DNA from: Eledone cirrhosa
Lineage: Eukaryota
Assembly (NCBI GenBank): GCA_964016885.1
Contig: OZ024742.1
Span: 108,748,001 to 108,812,000, forward strand
DNA: 64,000 nucleotides
Direction: 5' to 3'
Positions 25,316-39,087 of the stretch are shown here, one piece after another (position 1 is the first letter of the stretch; each line of letters opens with the position of its first letter). The position numbers were made by a program, and so were the translations under genes. The notes under the pieces were generated by a model. That model had not been told where the DNA came from, did no database searches, and saw only the letters and a program-made list of their open reading frames with translations.

Positions 25316-28300
25316 TTACAGACACATACTCAGAGAAGGCCCATTCACTCGGGCCATACTTGCTTCTCTCACCCATCTTTCAACAAAATGCTGGGAAGAG
25401 AGCACTTCCCTCTCTACCCCGATTTTCCTTTTCAAATGAAATTTGAAAAAGTTAATCAGGGCATCACCGAAGAGGTAAGTGCTCGTCTTCAGCCCTTTCA
25501 AACGTGTCCACCATACTATCTCTTTCGCCATGGCCACCGTCCTACACGTGACATCAGGTGTTCGACATAAACCCACAAGTCAGCAATGCTCGGACACTGG
25601 ACGAGTGCGTGCAGGACGGTTTCGTCGCCCTGCGCGCATCTCGGACATGCCCGGCTGACGGCACCTCCATGCCTGTAAAGTTTATCCAGAACTGGCAAAG
25701 CACCCCGGTAGCACTGCCAGGCCAGGGATTTCTGGAAGTTGTCCATAGGCCCCGGCCCGAAAGTCCTTCCGAAGAGATTGGCTAGTTGATTTTCGTCGAC
25801 GCCTAGAGTTTCTCCCAGTACGACGTCGCTCTTCCCCTCCACTAATCCCCTATAGAACGCCAAGGTGGAGTTTCCACCGATCACATTGCCCGATTGGTCG
25901 AGGGCTGTGAGCGCCTGAAGACATTCCAGTCTCCAAGCGCTCCCTCTCGGTCTTCGCTTGACCCAGGACTTCAGCTCCGTCAAGGAGACGAGCTGGGGAA
26001 AGACGCGTCTAGCAAACGGCGACCACACCTGATCACCGTCGAGGAAGAGGTGGAGATGTCGTAGCCTGAGCGCGTGTCTGCGCATCATCAACCACGGCAT
26101 GCCCAGCCCTCCACGTAGCGGGTGTTGACAGCAGATGGACCGCCTGACCATCGGAGCGCGTCCCTTCCACAAGAAGCGAAAGAGCAAACGCTCCAGCGCA
26201 GTCAGGCGGGGCTTAGGACAAGGTACGACGGTCAGGCGGTAGTAGATGACGGACGCTATGTACGCGTTAGCTACCTCCGCTCGACCTTTCAGGGATAGCT
26301 TCCTCTCGGCCCATTTCTGGGTGAGAGAAGCCACCCTGCTCGTCACCTCGTCCCAGTTTTTGTCCGTCTGGAGGTCTGGACCGAACCAGACCCCTAGCAA
26401 TTTAACCGGTCCGTCCGTCCAGCGCCCGACGACGCTGTTGGACGGCATGGACCTGCCTCTCCAGGTGCCGAGCTGCAGGCCCACTGACTTTTCCTGGTTG
26501 ATCATTGCTCCTGTCACCGCTTCGTATTCTCTTAGTGTAGTGCCGATCGCCTCGATGTGTTTGGCGTTCGACACCACTACGGTGACATCGTCGGCATATG
26601 CTGACACGGATCTTCCGCATCCTAGTTCGCGCGGGACCCCCCTCAACGTCTCCAGTTTGTGCAGTAATGGCTCGAGAGTCAATATGTACAATAGGGACGA
26701 GAGGGGATATCCTTGGCGGACCGAGCGCATGATGTTGAACGGTTCCGAAAGGTGACCGTTCACTCTCACTACAGAGCAGATGTCGTTGTGCATGGCAGCA
26801 ATCCAGCCTCTGAAGACGGGCCCAAAGCCAGCCGCCCTCAGGACTGCCGCTAGGTAACGATGGTCGACCCTATCGAAGGCTTTCGACTGATCTAAATTGA
26901 TCAAAGACCCACCCGTGCCAGGTTCCCTAGCTACTCTCTCTACGATGTATCGCATGAGGTGGAGGTTGTCGTGGATGGATCTGTCGGGAATGGCGCATGT
27001 CTGTGCCTCTCCCACCAGACCACCAACGACAAGCGCCAACCTCTTTGCTAGCACCTTGGCCAAAATCTTGAACTCTGCGTTTAGCAGAGTTATGGGCCTA
27101 AAATTATCTATGTTATCCCCCTTGTTCGGATCCTTTCTCAGCAGCGCCACCGCTCCTCGGCTCACAGAGCTGGGAATTCTCCCGTTCTGTTGCCAGTTGC
27201 AGTAGACGTCCGCCAAGAGGCCTCCGAACAAGTCTGGCATTTGTACGTAAAGTTCATAGGGCAGACCATCCAAACCAGGCGATTTACCCCTTGTGCAACT
27301 AGTCATTGCATCCCGTACTTCAGCGGTTGTTATCGGCTTTTCGCAACACTCCGCCTCAGTGGCCGAAAGCCGCGGCAGTCCCTCGAGGTAGACACTAAAG
27401 TCCATTCCTCGACCCGGCCCGCCACTTCCCCCGAACAGTTGAGCGAAGTGTCGCTGAAAAGCTTCACACATTTGCCCGGGATCGAGTAGCATGCGCCCGT
27501 CGTGGTCCATCAAAGACCGGATCGTGGCTTTGTTGCCACGACGCGCCTCCGCCACTCGGGCCCATTGAACGGCTTTCGTCCCCTCGTGTCTGAGAGCACG
27601 CACCCTAGCTCTGACAACGCAGCCTTCGTGCTTTGCATTGAAGAATTGGTCAAGGGCCAATTTCGCCGCAAGTACGTCGGTCGCGATGCCTTTGCTAAGC
27701 GCCTCGTCTAATTTTCTAACTAATTCTCCCTCTGCTCTATTTTTCTCTATTGCTAAAGCCTTACTAAACCTAATGGACTCTATTCTAATTGCTCTTTTCA
27801 GAGCAAACCACCACTTGTTGTTGACGATGGCCCCCGTCAACGCCCGCTTAACTAGTTCGCTAATCCGGTCTCTGTAGGCCTTGCGCGCTGGTAAGGACGC
27901 GTTTAGCTTCCAGTAGCCGGGTCCTCGTCTATGAAGCCTATCTAAGTCAAGCACACAGATCACGAATTTGTAGTCCGTGTAGCTGACTATCTTGAATTGT
28001 GGACAGCCTATGCTAGACCTATCTATTTCCCTACAAAATACTCTATCTAGATATGATCTGGATGACCCTATGCGATTTGTCCAAGTCCACATTGGTACAT
28101 TCGGGAAATCCATTCGGTACCTGTCAGACAGTTCAAAACGTCTGAGCAGGTTGGTGAGACTCTTGCACCCTCCTTCCCTATCCACTAATCCCACACAATC
28201 TCAGCGTGCATCTAAGATCCCGTTCCAGTCGCCCACTAACACTAAAGAGCGGGACGTTCCAAGAAAGGTCTCCAGACGCCGGAAGAAATCAGGCCGCCCT

Positions 28301-28649
28301 GCTCCTGTCGGGGCATAGACGGCCACTAACCTGAAAGCTTGCCCGTCTTCGCTGGTCACGTCCAGCACCACCAACTTACCTTCTGGGTCCAGGAAGATGG
28401 CCCGTATGGCAAGATCCAAACCTCTCCGAAAAAGCACAGCAACTCCTCCCCCCGATCCCGGACGGCTGGGAGATGCGTACACGTCGTAGCCGCCGAAGAT
28501 CGGTGCGAAAGCCTGTGCTTCGGAGATTCTGGTCTCGCTGATGGCCACTACATCTATGTTTAGTGACCTGAGGTCGTTGAGCAGGTGGCTCTGCTTCCAT
28601 GACGACCCCAAGCCACGCGCATTTATGCTGGTATTCTGAGTGAGGTCAT
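25316..28649 (-). pseudogene. LINE ORF2 (APE endonuclease + RT + C-terminal Cys motif), disrupted
   Basis: SINARGL, VVAISET, VAVYAP, LVGDWN, SYLDRVF; KSPGLDG, FRPITLLN, LDQSKAFDRVDH, VRQGYPLS, YADD; CPRC..ETVLHALVQC. In-frame TGA at 28201-28203; probable true ATG at 28649 with a 1-nt frameshift. Confidence 0.92.
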
Positions 28650-28688
28650 GTTGAAAAGGAGTGGGAAAGATGGGAAAGACCACTTACC

Positions 28689-30683
28689 TTACTTCTCGTA
28701 GGGGAAGGACGGTTTTTCCATCCTTTTCACTGCTTGTGGCCTCCTCCGGAAGGATGTCCTTATAAATCCTCCTGGAGAGTGCTTGTCGGAAGTCTCCGAT
28801 GTCTTTGGGGAATTTTTTTTTTTAGTGTCATGTACGTTTTCTGTGTGATGCGAGTGATTTGTATGTGTGGAGGTGGTGTGAATTTTGGGGTTGTTGTGTA
28901 GTCTTTTTCTGTGATGCTTGTGTTGTGTTGGATGTAGTATAATAATTGCTTGTTGTTCAAATTTAATGCTGTGTAGTGTGTATCGTTTTGGTTGTTTTGT
29001 TTTGTTTGCGTTTGTTGTGGGTTTGTTTCTGTTTCGCATTTTGGTAACTTTTGTGGTGTAGGTGATGGTGGTGTTGGGGTTAATGATGGTGATGGTGTTG
29101 GTGTTTGGGTTGATGGGGTTGGTGATGCTGGTGTGGATGGTGGCATATCTGTCCTAACTTTTTTGTTTCTTAATTTATTTGTTTCCCTCTGTATTTTGTT
29201 TTTGGAGGGGGAAGGAAGAGAATTTTTTTCTTTTTTGGTTTCTTTTTTTTTTTTCCGGATATCGTTTCCCACTCCTCGTCGTCACAATCTGTCTCCAGTT
29301 GTGATAGGCTGGGGAGTGGAAAATCCTCCACAGGCGTTAGTTTTGGTTGTGGCGGGGTGGATGGTGTAGGCGCTGGTGCTAGTTCTGAAGCGTTGGGTGG
29401 TGGTGGTGGTGTTGGTTTTGCTGGTGGTGGTGGTGGTGTTGGTTTTGCTACTGTTGCTGGGGTTGTTGCTGTTATTGTTGCTTCTGTTGTTGCTGCTACA
29501 GTTGTTGCTGCCATCTCTGCTACTGATGGTGTTGATGGTTGTGTCACTGGGGTGGGTAGGAGAGGTGGCCTCAACCTTTTAGCCTGAGGGCAGAAAGCCC
29601 TTAGGTGGGTTCCTTCATCACAAACGACACACCTGGGTCTTCTGCCCTCGACAATTACCGTGAGGTGGCTGCCGTCAGTGAGGTCTATTACCTCTGGGAT
29701 CTCCTCAATGCTTTTTTGGTCCGCTTGGATCAGGAGCTCCATCCCAGATCTGGACCAGTTCTCCTGCTTTTCCTTTGCTATTGCTATTATTTTTGTGTTG
29801 GCTTCGATGCCGGCGAGGACGGCCGCTATTAGCCAGGGAATTTCGATGGCCGGTGGAACGTGGGTCACCCTGATCATTACGAGTCTCTGGCCACAATAGC
29901 TTGGGACGAGTGTGAAGTCGTCACTTCTTAATGGGGCCATGGAGTGTTCTCTAGCCTCCTCTGGTGTTTCAAAGAACACGCCCACGGTTCCATACTTCTG
30001 CCCACGTCTGATGTGGGTTTTTCTTGCCCACACATGTCCCAAAGCTTTTTGGATTTGGGACTCGGATGCCCGTTCCACTCGGCGTGATTTTACATTTATT
30101 GTTCGATACGACACGGTGCATAGGCGCCGATGCTCCTTTTTATTAGGTGGGGGGGTGAGGCTGACCCTGTACCCATCTTTCTTTACCATTTGTTTGGCAT
30201 TTTCTAAATCCTCCTGAGTTACCGTAAATGCTTCGAACTGATTTGCTACTCTGGCAAAACTGAGGGTGGTTTTTATAATGTCATTGTTGTTGTTGTTGCT
30301 ATCGTTATTTGTGTTAATATTAATTTTAGTTTCAGTTGTGGTGGTGGTGACGTCAGTCGTCTGTGGTGGGGAAGAGTCCATTTTGCTTGATTTCATTTCG
30401 ACATCACGAGTTAATTTATTTTTTTTTTCTTTTGTTTCTGTTGTCGCGGTGGGGGTGGGGGTTGTCGCGGTGGTGGTGGTGGTGGTGGTGGAGGCTTTAA
30501 CACCTGCAGTCATTGGTAATGTCGGGAAATGAATGTCTGCCTGAGACAAATTTAAAATATTGCTACTGCTTATATTTTTTGTGGTGTTGGCAAACGTAGT
30601 AACATTTACAATGGTGGTGTCGGTGTGAGGTGTTAATTTGTGAGAAAGGCTTTCAGCTGCTTGGTGCAGTGGTGAATTAGCCA
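28689..30683 (-). pseudogene. LINE ORF1 (Tx1-like, CCHC-type knuckle, Pro/Thr-rich), frameshifted in a poly-A run at ~29240
   Basis: VIVEGRRPRCVVCDEGTHLRAFC; lies directly upstream of ORF2. Confidence 0.75.
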
Positions 30684-31006
30684 TTTTTTTTTTCAAAGAA
30701 ATGTTTTGATAATCATAAAAGTTTAAATTTTGGGCACAAGGCCCCAATCTTTTTGGGTGTCCTTTTCGGAAAACAATGTATGTGCGCTTATAAACAGTTA
30801 ACAATAAAATTTTCCATAAATGACAATTTTTAACAAACGGAAATAACAAACCTTTGCGGAGCTCACGATGATACGATTTACTACGTAGGTCGCCAATAAT
30901 AATAATAATAATAATAATAACAACAATAATAATAACAACAACAACAATAATAATATACATATACATATATATATACACACACACGCACACACACACACGA
31001 TAGCAA

Positions 31007-32850
31007 CTAGCAGCGCTGCGATCGAATGTGGCTTTTTAGCCCAGCCAATGATCTAAAATGTCTTGCACAGAGTCGGCAACCAAAACATTCACTGGGGAAT
31101 AGTAGGCTGTGGTTGGAGTTCGTGTACTTTTGCATGTCGCTTGAGCCCTCCTGCTGATTTACATTCTCTACCACATGTTTGGCAAGCATGATGAGTAGCA
31201 TCTCCAACAGCAGCCTGGTAGTCAACCACTGGTCTTACTTTATGACTGCGAAGATGACTTTCGAGTCCAGCTTTGCTTAGGCAGAGTCTCGCACACACGC
31301 TGCATGTCAGCACCATAGGAGGACCCTCTCCGTCTGGAAGTGCAACAGCAATGCCCTTCCTCACATCCCGCTTTACTTTCTCGTATGCGATTCGAGATGC
31401 CTCAAAGGCAACTTTTCCCTCATATACAGTCTTTCTCCATTTATTACGATCAGCAGCAATATTCTCCCATGTATCAGCAGAGATGTTAGCGTCTTTCAGA
31501 GAGGCTTTCAAGGAATCGTTATACCTCTTTTTTGGTTTATGTGGCGGTCGTTTTCCTTTAACCAACTCTCCATAAAAGAGTTGTTTTGGTATTCTAGAAT
31601 CCTTCATCCTGGCAAGGTGACCACTCCAACGAAGTCGTTGCTTAAGCACAAGAGCTTCTATACTGTCACACATAGAGCTTTCCAAAATCTCGACATCACT
31701 GATGTGGTCCCTCCAGTGAACGCCATGGATCCGTCTGAGACACATCTGATGGAAACGCTCCAATTGCTTAAGGTGGTGTCGATATGTGACCCAGGTCTCG
31801 CAGGCATAAAGAAGACAAGAGAGCACACATGCCCTGTACACCTTTACCTTTGTCCTCCTGCATATGTCTCGCCGACCCCAGAGTCGCCTTTCTAGCTTTC
31901 CGAAAGCATCACTTGCTTTCCTAATCCTAAGTGAGATTCCACTGTCAAGATTGCTGTATCGATTGACAGTGCTTCCCAGGTAGACAAACTGATCAACCAC
32001 TCCAAGTCGTTTGCCATACACATAGATGTTTGGTTCAGTGTACTGCTTACCAGGGGCAGGTTGGTACATGACGACGGTTTTCTTGAGACTGACAGTCAGA
32101 CCTAGGGCAGTGCAAGCGTCAGAAAATGCATTCAAAATGTGCTGCATATCACTCTGTGTGCGCTACAAGATCGCAATCATCTGCATACAAGAGGTCTCTT
32201 ATGATTGATGTAAACACTTTTGTCTTCGCAGCAAAGCGCCTGATGTTAAATATGCTGCCTGAGGTTCGATATCGGATGTAAACACCATGCTCGCAATTCC
32301 TGAATGCAATACAGAAAACCATTGCAAAGTATATGGCAAACAGGGTCGGTGCTGGAATATCCCCCTGCTTCACTCCATTTTTTACTGAGATAGGCTCCGA
32401 CATGTTACCCCCGACATTAACCCAAGCCTTCATGTCGTCATGGAAAGACCTAACTCAAGCAAGGAACTTATCAGGGCAACCAAGTTTCTGGAGAACCTTC
32501 CATAATGCATCTCTGTTAACAGTATCGAAAGCTTTTGTCAGATCGACAAAAATCTGATACAGATAATAATTATTAATGCACTCGTGCAATGCCTGAGCGT
32601 GACGAATATTTTTAAAGTGAGGAAAGACTGTGCACTGAGCCAATCCCACTCTCTGAGCGACAGTAGCTATAACCCGAAAAGAAGAAAAGATCAACACCAT
32701 CGGTAACTTCTGAGCCGCAGGTTTTATGTCGGAGTTAACCCAGTTTCCTGAGATGCCTTCTCCTAGAAGAATGCCCTGACAAGGGCTAGGGGTTCTTCAC
32801 TTCCACTGGTTTAACTGCGCGATCGGGCATCCAGCCCGATTATTTCTATG
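31007..32850 (-). mobile_element. RTE-clade LINE, internally deleted (5' UTR-like segment joined to RT and C2H2 fingers)
   Basis: FVDLTKAFDTVNR; GVKQGDIPAPTLF; LLYADDC; FVYLGS; RLRWSGHLARM..RIPKQLFYGEL; three CxxC..H..H-like fingers; 32700-32850 resembles the 5' part of the short RTE-derived elements. Confidence 0.85.
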
Positions 32851-32994
32851 TCCCCGCGCAAAAAATTAAAAAAAAACAAAAAAAATCACTTATTGACACT
32901 TATACGTACGACATACACACACGCGCATACATATGCGCGCGCACAGCAACACTCATACATACAAACAAATACACACACGCTACTCTACTCACTT

Positions 32995-33040
<46 letters not shown>

Positions 33041-33144
33041 CCGTCATTACTGATACAAGATTACAAGATTATGTCAACTGTTGACTTTCAAGAGTTTGTA
33101 TAGTTGAAGCCGATCGTACTACAGTCCAGTATTATTATAATGCT

Positions 33145-33245
33145 TTACAGCATAGAGTCACGGCCCTCCACGCTCTGAGCTCAAATCCCGCCGAGGTCAA
33201 CCTTGCCTTTCATCCCCACGGAGTCAACAAAAGAGAGTACCAGTG
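33145..33245 (+). mobile_element. tRNA-derived SINE (diverged)
   Basis: ctcaaatcccgccgaggtcaaccttgcctttcatcc core shared with the other copies in the window. Confidence 0.65.
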
Positions 33246-33860
33246 ATGCGCTGGGCCAGTCGCTGGATCCGTGCTAAAAGCAGAAAAATTATTATTAAAG
33301 TTGTTTTCTTAAGGCCCGGTCGCTGGTGATGGTGATGGCGGCGGCGGTAGTGGTGGTGGTGGCAGTTGATGTTGTTGTGTTGTGTGCGTGTGTGTGTGTG
33401 TTTTGTTATTTTGATGGGTGAGTGGGGGGTCCCCTTCTGTTTCTTTTTTTTTATCTTTTGATGCCGCTGTTGTTGTTGTTGTAAATGTTCATTTCAGTTC
33501 ATTCTGAAGCTGTTGTTGCTGTAAACATTAGTGTCGGTGTGGTTGTTGTAGATGTTGGGGTTGAAATCTGGTCGTTTGACTGAGTGATGTATATACACAC
33601 ATATACATACATATATATATATATATATACATATTCAACAGAGAGTAGAGAGTTTGACAACAGGTCGATGACTTTAGTCTAGATAGGGTAATGACATGTG
33701 ATGGTGGGGAGAGAGTGGAGAAGTTATTGTGGTGGCGGGGGGACAGTGCGATGTATCTGTGGAAGTTACACAAATATTTTAGTATATTTTAGCAGAGCAA
33801 TCCTTATTTATATTTTACATTTTACATTTACTTACATCTCAATATAACATACATACATAC

Positions 33861-34286
33861 ATGGTGGCTGCCAACTCGTTTTCGAGTACGGCCACTACTT
33901 TATATCCATGTAGGAGAACCCCTACCGATGCGCTGAACGAGTGACTTTTTAGTCCAGCCAGCGACTTGAAAACTCTGGTACAAACACTACACTTATGACA
34001 ATTATTGACACAGTGCAGGGCCCATGGTACCATGTGACGACAAGTGCAGAGAGATCTCCAGATATAAAGCAATGCCTGTGCCGTGAAGCTTTTATAGTGA
34101 GCAAAAGCAATGCACAAAGCCAGTCCCACTCTCTTAACCAAGATGATATTTACCAAAAAGAAGAACGAGTCAACATCATTGGATACCATCAGGGTTGCAG
34201 GTGTTATATCAGAGTTTTCCTTCTCCTAGAATTCTGCCTTGACAAAGGCTAAGGGGTCATCTCTCCCGTAAGGGGTCATCTCTCCC
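33861..34286 (-). mobile_element. Non-autonomous RTE-derived element (copy 2)
   Basis: Near-identical to 24541-24950; flanked by (CATA)n. Confidence 0.75.
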
Positions 34287-36049
34287 ATACATACATACAT
34301 ACATACATACATACATACATACATACATACATTATATATATATACATTTACATTCAGGTATTATGGCTGTTGATGAGCTTTGTTACTCTAAAGTTTCACC
34401 TACGCACTCACAGGATCACCAGTCTTGTTTGATGGTCCAGTCCGTACGCAGGTAAGACGCCGGAGTAACAAGGCTTAGCCACAATAAATGAATACTTAAA
34501 CTCTACTTCGGTATAGAGTTTTCATTCTTAGTTCCGTCAATAATTCACGAACTCTCACGTCTTGAATAATCGTCCATACCGCCCGCTTATTAATTTGTCA
34601 GACCCCCCCCCCACGGTTTTATTCCACCGGTTTTTATTCCACCCCCTCTCTGTATCTACTAAAGCCAAACACTACCCCTCTCTATATCTACCACGACACC
34701 GCCTCTCTTATCCCACTCTCTATATCTAAGATTAATGCACTCTCTCATTCTATAAATATCTACATTTATCTCTCCCAATCCCCCTCTATATATCGATCAC
34801 CCCCTAAACTCTCACCCTCTCTATATCTAATACACGGCGCTCTCTCAGTATCCCTCTCTGTATATCTACAACCACTAAATTCTCCCTCTATCTACATCTA
34901 CACTGTACTCTCTACCAACCCCCCACTCTATATCAATTAACACCAAACTCTCCTCCTCTCTGTATCTACTACACGGAACTCTTTTCCAATCCCCCTCTCT
35001 ATATCTACTATATGGAACTCTCTTCCAATCCCCTCACTTAATGTCATTTAACGCCAAACTCTCCCCTTCTATATATCTACTACATGGAACTCTCTTTTAC
35101 CTGTTCCAGCCATCCGACTGAGGCCATGCTGGGGCACCGCCCTTGTTGCGACATGTTCTATCTCCAGCCTGTGTTGACTGGCCATTGGTACAAGAGGGAG
35201 TTCGTTGTTGCATCAATCTTTCCCCTTCTCTATATCTGTATCTATCTCTCTATCTCTTCCATCTGTCTCTACATAACATGTACATAAATTGTAGCGCATA
35301 TACAAATGGATGTGTGTTTTGGTACTTTGGGGAGAAAAATATAATAACATAAGAGCAAGAATGATGGGCTCATTCTACTGACATGGCTTTAAAAATGAAG
35401 CTTGTTTGCATAATAGCAAACGAATCGAATATTATTATTAATATTCGAAAAACTCATATTACATTTATTATATATATATATATATATAATAGGAAATGGC
35501 TTCTACAGGACTAGAACTGTTTCATTCGGGAGAAATATATATATATATACAGTGATACCTTGAGATACGAGTTTAATTCGTCCCGTGACCGAGCTCGTAA
35601 CTCAATTTACTCGTATCTCAAATCAATTTTCCCCAATTGAAAGTAATTGAAATGCTATTAATCCGTTCTGACCCCCTAAAACCACACCAATTTATTTATG
35701 TTACGTGTTTTTAATAAGCAAAATATACTTTATAAATAACAAATAATGTATAATGAAATAATAAGAACATAATAAAAGAGAATGTAAAAAAATAAACTGG
35801 ATTTATTAAGTGTATTTACCTTCAAGATGAGACGAAAAAGCTGGCGGTGGTGGAGGAGATTGGCAGAGGTGGAGGAGAATGACGGGGGAGGCTGTAAATG
35901 CTTTTCGTTTTGCGCTCTATCTCTTAACTTGACTTACTCACTACGCAGTTAATGCTATTTTTTATTGCTAAATTTAACTTGCACACTATGTACACTTAAT
36001 CGCTATTTTTTTTTTTTACTTTTTTTTTCTTTTCGTACCGTACAGTACT

Positions 36050-37792
36050 TCAGTTACTGTCATCATCATCTTCACTGACTTTTGGTTTTTTGGCCACCCT
36101 TTCCTCGCCTTCGCTTTGAGGGCGTTTCAATAAAAACCTGTCCAAGGAGGTTCGTTTCTTCCTCCCTTTTAAAATGTTTCTGAAATGAGTGAGTCAAGTG
36201 ACGTTAAACAGTGCCGACGCACGACTTGTTCCAACTTTTTCTCGATGATTTTTGTCAATAAAATCATTAAGTTTCTCCCAGATTCCCAACATTTCCTTAA
36301 TTTCACTTGAAGGGATTACTACCTCCTCTGACTCTGGCCCCTCATTAATTTCCTGTCAAATCTCTGTATGCTGCTGGTCCTGTAGCTCCTTTAATTCCTC
36401 CGTTGTCAATTCCTCATTGTGCTCTTCGGCGAGGTCGTTGACGTCTCCTTCGTCCACTTCCAGGCCCATGGATTTTCCGATGGACACGATCTCCTCCTCC
36501 ACTAACTCTTCGGGTTCGGGTTCGAATCCTTCTAAGTCCTTTTCGGACACAACCTCGAGCCACAGCTTCTTCCATGCAGAGTTTAAGATCCTCCTTGTAA
36601 CACCCTGCCAGGTCATGTCTATAATGTTGAGGCAGGCTACGATATTGTAATGTTCTTTACAGAACTCTCGAAGGGTGAGGTTTGTGTTTTTCGTAACCTC
36701 AAAGCAGCGCCGGAAGAGATGCTTGGTGAAGAGCTTTTTAAAATTCGAAATCACCTGCTGGTCCATGGGCTGAAGGATAGGGGTGGTGTTGGTTGGAAGG
36801 TACAAGACCTTAATAAACTTGAATTCTTCTAAGATGTCATCCTCGAGTTTTGGTGGGTGTATTGTCAAGGACAAGTAGGCTTTCAGTGGCAGGTTATTAT
36901 CTAAAAGATACGTCTTGACTGCAGGACCAAAAACCAGGTTTACCCACTGCACATAAAACTCCCTGGTGACCCATGCCTTTGGGTTTGCCCTCCACATAAC
37001 CTGCAGTTTTTCTTTAAGAATCTTATGACTCTTAAAGGCCCTGGGGTTTTTCGAGTGATATACGAGCAGCGGTTTAATCTTTAAATCGCCACTCGCATTT
37101 GCACACAGTGCAAGGGTCAACCTATCCTTCATAGGTTTGTGACCTGGCAAGCTCTTCTCTTCTACTGTTATGTACGTTCTCCTTGGCATCTTTTTCCAAA
37201 ATAGCCCTGTCTCGTCACAGTTAAAGACTTGCTGAGGAATGTATCCTTCGGCTTCTACCAGTTCACCAAAATATGAAGTAAATTCTTCAGCTGCCTTAAA
37301 ATCTGAGCTTGCAGCCTCACCATGCCTGACGACGGAGTGAATACCAGTCCTCTTTTTAAAATTATCAAATCATCCCCGACTGGCTTTGAATGACTCTTCC
37401 GAAGCCTCGTCCGAGGATGATCCCGCCGTCTGCCGCACCAAATCTTCATAAATAACTCGTGCCTTCTCACAGATGATGGTCTCGGTTACGGTATCTCCAG
37501 CGAGCTCCTTCTCGGTCAACCACCCCAACAGCAACTTTTCCATCTCTTCATGGACAGAGGTCCGGAGCTTAGAAATTATCTTAACACCCTTGACTGGTGT
37601 CATAGCCTTTATTGAATGCTTTTGTTTCAAAATAGTACATATTGTAGAAGTACTACGATCGTACTCCTTTGTCAAGTCAATAACACCCACACCACGCTCA
37701 TGTTTTTCTACGATTTCGTGCTTAATATCCATAGACGTCATCCTTTTCTTTTTCTCGCCAGTGTTCTTGGCACTCACTTTCTTGGGACTCAT
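36050..37792 (-). pseudogene. Tigger transposase (HTH/CENP-B-like + DDE_1), frameshifted
   Basis: MSPKK..IKHEIVEKHERG; EEMEKLLLGW; FKASRG; VFNCDETGLFWKKMPRRTYI; KDRLTLALCANASGD; LQPMDQQVI. Confidence 0.9.
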
Positions 37793-37905
37793 GGTTGAAA
37801 CTAAGATTTTTATCGCAATAAACCAAAAGCAACTAAAATCACAACAGTAACACAACAGAGATGCTCGAGCGCCGAGGTCACTACGTGGACTGACCGCTCT
37901 CAGGC

Positions 37906-38145
37906 GGTTACTGAATTAATTTCGCCACTGTATTAATTTCGCCCGGTGAAGCCCAACGAAAGTTACTCCCGTCGTTTATATCCGTTAATATAAGGGTTAA
38001 TTCAACCCAAACCCTAACCTTAACCGAAAATATATTACACTTGTTTTAATCTGTAAGTCACTTTACGGATATAAACGATGGGAGTAACTTTGGTTGAAGT
38101 TCCCCAGGCGAAATTAATTCAGTGGCGAAATTAATTCTGCACCCC
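37906..38145. mobile_element. MITE nested in the Tigger 5' region
   Basis: ~80-bp imperfect TIRs (gaattaatttcgccactg..ttactcccgtcgtttatatccgt / mirror); 9-bp TSD ctctcaggc at 37897 and 38146. Confidence 0.75.
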
Positions 38146-38282
38146 CTCTCAGGCACCCGCTAGCTCGTAGCTCGTATCTCAAAACTCAGTTCGTATCACA
38201 AGGCAAAAAATTAGCCGAGTGATGGCTCGTATCTAAAAAAAAAACTCGTATGTCGGTTCACTCGTATCTCAAGGTATCACTG

Positions 38283-38411
<129 letters not shown>

Positions 38412-38419
38412 TGATACCT

Positions 38420-38683
38420 CTCGCAAATAAGGTGTGGGAATTCAAGGATAAAAACATCCCGTACTCTATCGATTGGTCTATTTTAGACCATTCGAGGGAG
38501 TACCAAAGGGGCACAAAGAATTGTTCTTTGTGTACCACTGAAAAATTTAGGATTTTACAAAACTTGAAAGCCACTTCAACTTGCCTGAACTCCAAAACCG
38601 AGATCTTCAGATGTTGTCCTCACCTGAAATCACATCTGATCTGTAACTGGATTGACATTCCTACGATAACTCAACTACCTTGA
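38420..38683 (+). pseudogene. PLE GIY-YIG C-terminal fragment (same family as 46850-47483)
   Basis: [56 protein letters not shown]. Confidence 0.85.
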
Positions 38684-38918
38684 ACTTCTTCTCTGCTCTC
38701 TACGCCTTACACCCACTACGATTTTTTTACCTTCTGAATTCACTTTCTGTACTCTTATATTCTTTTTCTCCCTTATCTCCCCTTATATTTAAACCTTTTC
38801 CTATGTCATTTATTTTCTCCCCCCCCCTCCTTTCTACCTTACCCTTCACATACCCACCTTTTTTATTTTTAGATATTTATTTCTCTGTGTGTATGTGTGT
38901 GTGTTGCGCATATGTGTA

Positions 38919-38975
<57 letters not shown>

Positions 38976-39087
38976 ATATGTATGTGTGTATGTATGTTTA
39001 TATATCTGTATGTATATATATGTGTGTATATAATTGTATTTTATATGCTTCTGTTGTATTTGTGTGTGTGTATATATATATATATGT

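Larger units (their letters stand above)
25075..30890 (-). mobile_element. Near full-length L1-superfamily (Tx1-like) LINE
   Basis: ORF1 with a zinc knuckle plus ORF2 APE-RT-Cys; (AAT)n tracts on both flanks. Confidence 0.9.
35550..38282 (-). mobile_element. Tigger/pogo DNA transposon
   Basis: Perfect 23-bp TIR cagtgataccttgagatacgagt / actcgtatctcaaggtatcactg with TA flanks. Confidence 0.92.

Noticed and set aside
31007-31310. Host C2H2 zinc-finger gene
   Set aside because: The fingers are the C-terminus of the RTE ORF
34640-35230. Pyrimidine-rich ctctctatatctac repeats as a functional array
   Set aside because: Degenerate low-complexity minisatellite with no constant period or structure seen
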